Assembly (NCBI GenBank): GCA_964016885.1
Contig: CAXHJY010001252.1
Location: 1 to 64,000, forward strand
DNA length: 64,000 bases
Direction of reading: 5' to 3'
Source of the DNA: Eledone cirrhosa
Lineage: Eukaryota
Shown: one piece after another, positions 62,175-64,000 of the stretch
How the letters are laid out: the number at the start of each line of letters is the position of its first letter
Position numbering within the stretch: position 1 is the first letter of the stretch
Program-made: the position numbers and the translations under genes
Notes under the pieces: generated by a model
What the model saw: only the letters and a program-made list of their open reading frames with translations
Told to the model about the DNA's origin: nothing
Database searches by the model: none

Positions 62175-62506
62175 TGAAGATATAATCACACGCATACACA
62201 TATATCTACACCCACACACACCACACACACACACACGCACACGCACACGCACGCACGCACATGCACACACACATATATACATGAAGATATAAGCACACGC
62301 ATGCACATATATCTACACCCATGCATTGACACACACACACACACACATATATATACATGAAGATATAATCACACGCATACACATATATCTACACACACAC
62401 ACACGCACACGCACACGCACACGCACACACACACATGCACACACACATATATATATACATGAAGATATAAGCACACGCATACACATATATCTACACCCAT
62501 GCATTG

Positions 62507-62537
<31 letters not shown>

Positions 62538-62585
62538 CATGAAGATATCAGCACACGCATACACATATATCTACACCCATGCATT

Positions 62586-62637
<52 letters not shown>

Positions 62638-62685
62638 CATGAAGATATAATCACACGCATACATATATATCTACATCCATGCATT

Positions 62686-62758
<73 letters not shown>

Positions 62759-62790
62759 ACACACACACACACACAGACACACACACACTA
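61985..62790. repeat. Minisatellite with variable (CA)n spacer
   Basis: Unit tacatgaagatat..cacacgcatacacatatatctacacccatgcattga(CA)n, about 8 copies. Confidence 0.9.
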
Positions 62791-63199
62791 ACACCCTTTC
62801 ATTTCCAATGTAAATCATGTCAGAATATCCTTCTCTGAACCCTCTCTCTTTCTTACTCTCTCTACTTCTTTCTCCTTCTCTTTCTATATACCTCCTTCTC
62901 ACTTTCACTCCAACCAGTATCCATTTGACCGGAAATGAGCTGGCTACATGCGATGGAATCACTTCCGTTTGCTGAACCTCATCCTAATTTGGCGACGTGA
63001 TCCCATCGAAAGGTTTTGGACGATCACTTCCTCCGGGGTCGAGGAATGGTCAGCCGGTGTGGCGCCCAATATGTCTTCTCACTACAACAATGTAATATGA
63101 CGTCGTCAGACGATCTTGTCGTCTGCTTCTTCCAGTTGGTTGACATTCTAGATATTCGATTAATGTTAAATCTCCATATAGCAGCCTTCTCCACCTCCA

Positions 63200-63307
63200 C
63201 CTTCTCTCTACCTCCACCCTCTTTCTCTTTCTTTCTCTTTCTTTATACACACACACGCACGCTCTCTCTCCCTTTCTCTTACTCTCTCTGTGTCTCTATC
63301 TCTGTCT

Positions 63308-63355
<48 letters not shown>

Positions 63356-63407
63356 CTTACTCTCTCTTTCTCTCTTACTCTCTCTCTCTCTCTCTCGCTG
63401 TGTCTTA

Positions 63408-63453
<46 letters not shown>

Positions 63454-63459
63454 ATGTCT

Positions 63460-63493
<34 letters not shown>

Positions 63494-64000
63494 GTCTTAC
63501 TCTCTCTCTCTCTCTCTCTCTCTGTCTTACACTCTCTCTCTGTCTTACACTCTCTCTCTTACTCTTTCTTCCCCACTCTCCCCTCTCCCACTCCCCTCTC
63601 CTTCCCCTCTCTCTCTTACTCACCCCCCCCTCCCATGTTCCGATCCTATTCCAACATTCATTCCCCCCCTTCCCCTTACATACACCTCCCCCTACAAACT
63701 TCCCCCTGTTGCTCCTACAACCTCTCTCTTACTATATCTTTCTCTTTCTACACACACACACACCACATACAAACACACACACACCACATACACACACACA
63801 ATCACATACACACACACACAATCACATACACACACACACAATCACATACAAACACACACATACACACACACACAATCACATACATACACACACAAATCAC
63901 ACACACACACACAATCACATACAAACACACACACACCACATACACACACACAACAACATACAAACACACACACACCACATACACACAATCACATACAAAC
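63200..64000. repeat. (CT)n-derived then (CA)n-derived repeats
   Basis: Directly visible. Confidence 0.9.

Overview
Eukaryotic, gene-poor, repeat-saturated DNA. The huge (TA)n/(CA)n/(CAC)n tracts and the tRNA-derived SINEs suggest a cephalopod such as Octopus, but this is an inference. No host protein-coding gene can be supported, and almost all listed ORFs are microsatellite read-through. The non-microsatellite islands are mostly mobile-element pieces inserted into (TA)n: four Penelope-like (PLE) GIY-YIG remnants, RTE-type and R4-like LINE fragments, two SINE families, non-autonomous Helitrons, mariner ends and several minisatellites. The main hidden signal is about 17 complete or near-complete minimal type-I hammerhead ribozymes (HHRs), plus degenerate and half copies, from roughly 9-10 unrelated sequence families. 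Each has stem I, C[U/C]GANGA, stem II, GAAA, a usually palindromic stem III, and NUH. They sit in non-coding PLE pLTR/retrozyme-like units, including a head-to-tail array with a predicted 522-nt monomer. Many of these units form fold-back palindromes whose axes, truncation points or deletions fall on the ribozyme or on another internal hairpin. One ~190-bp family has a terminal hairpin built from a mirrored half-hammerhead, with arms homogenised within each copy. All structures were read by eye and none were computed.
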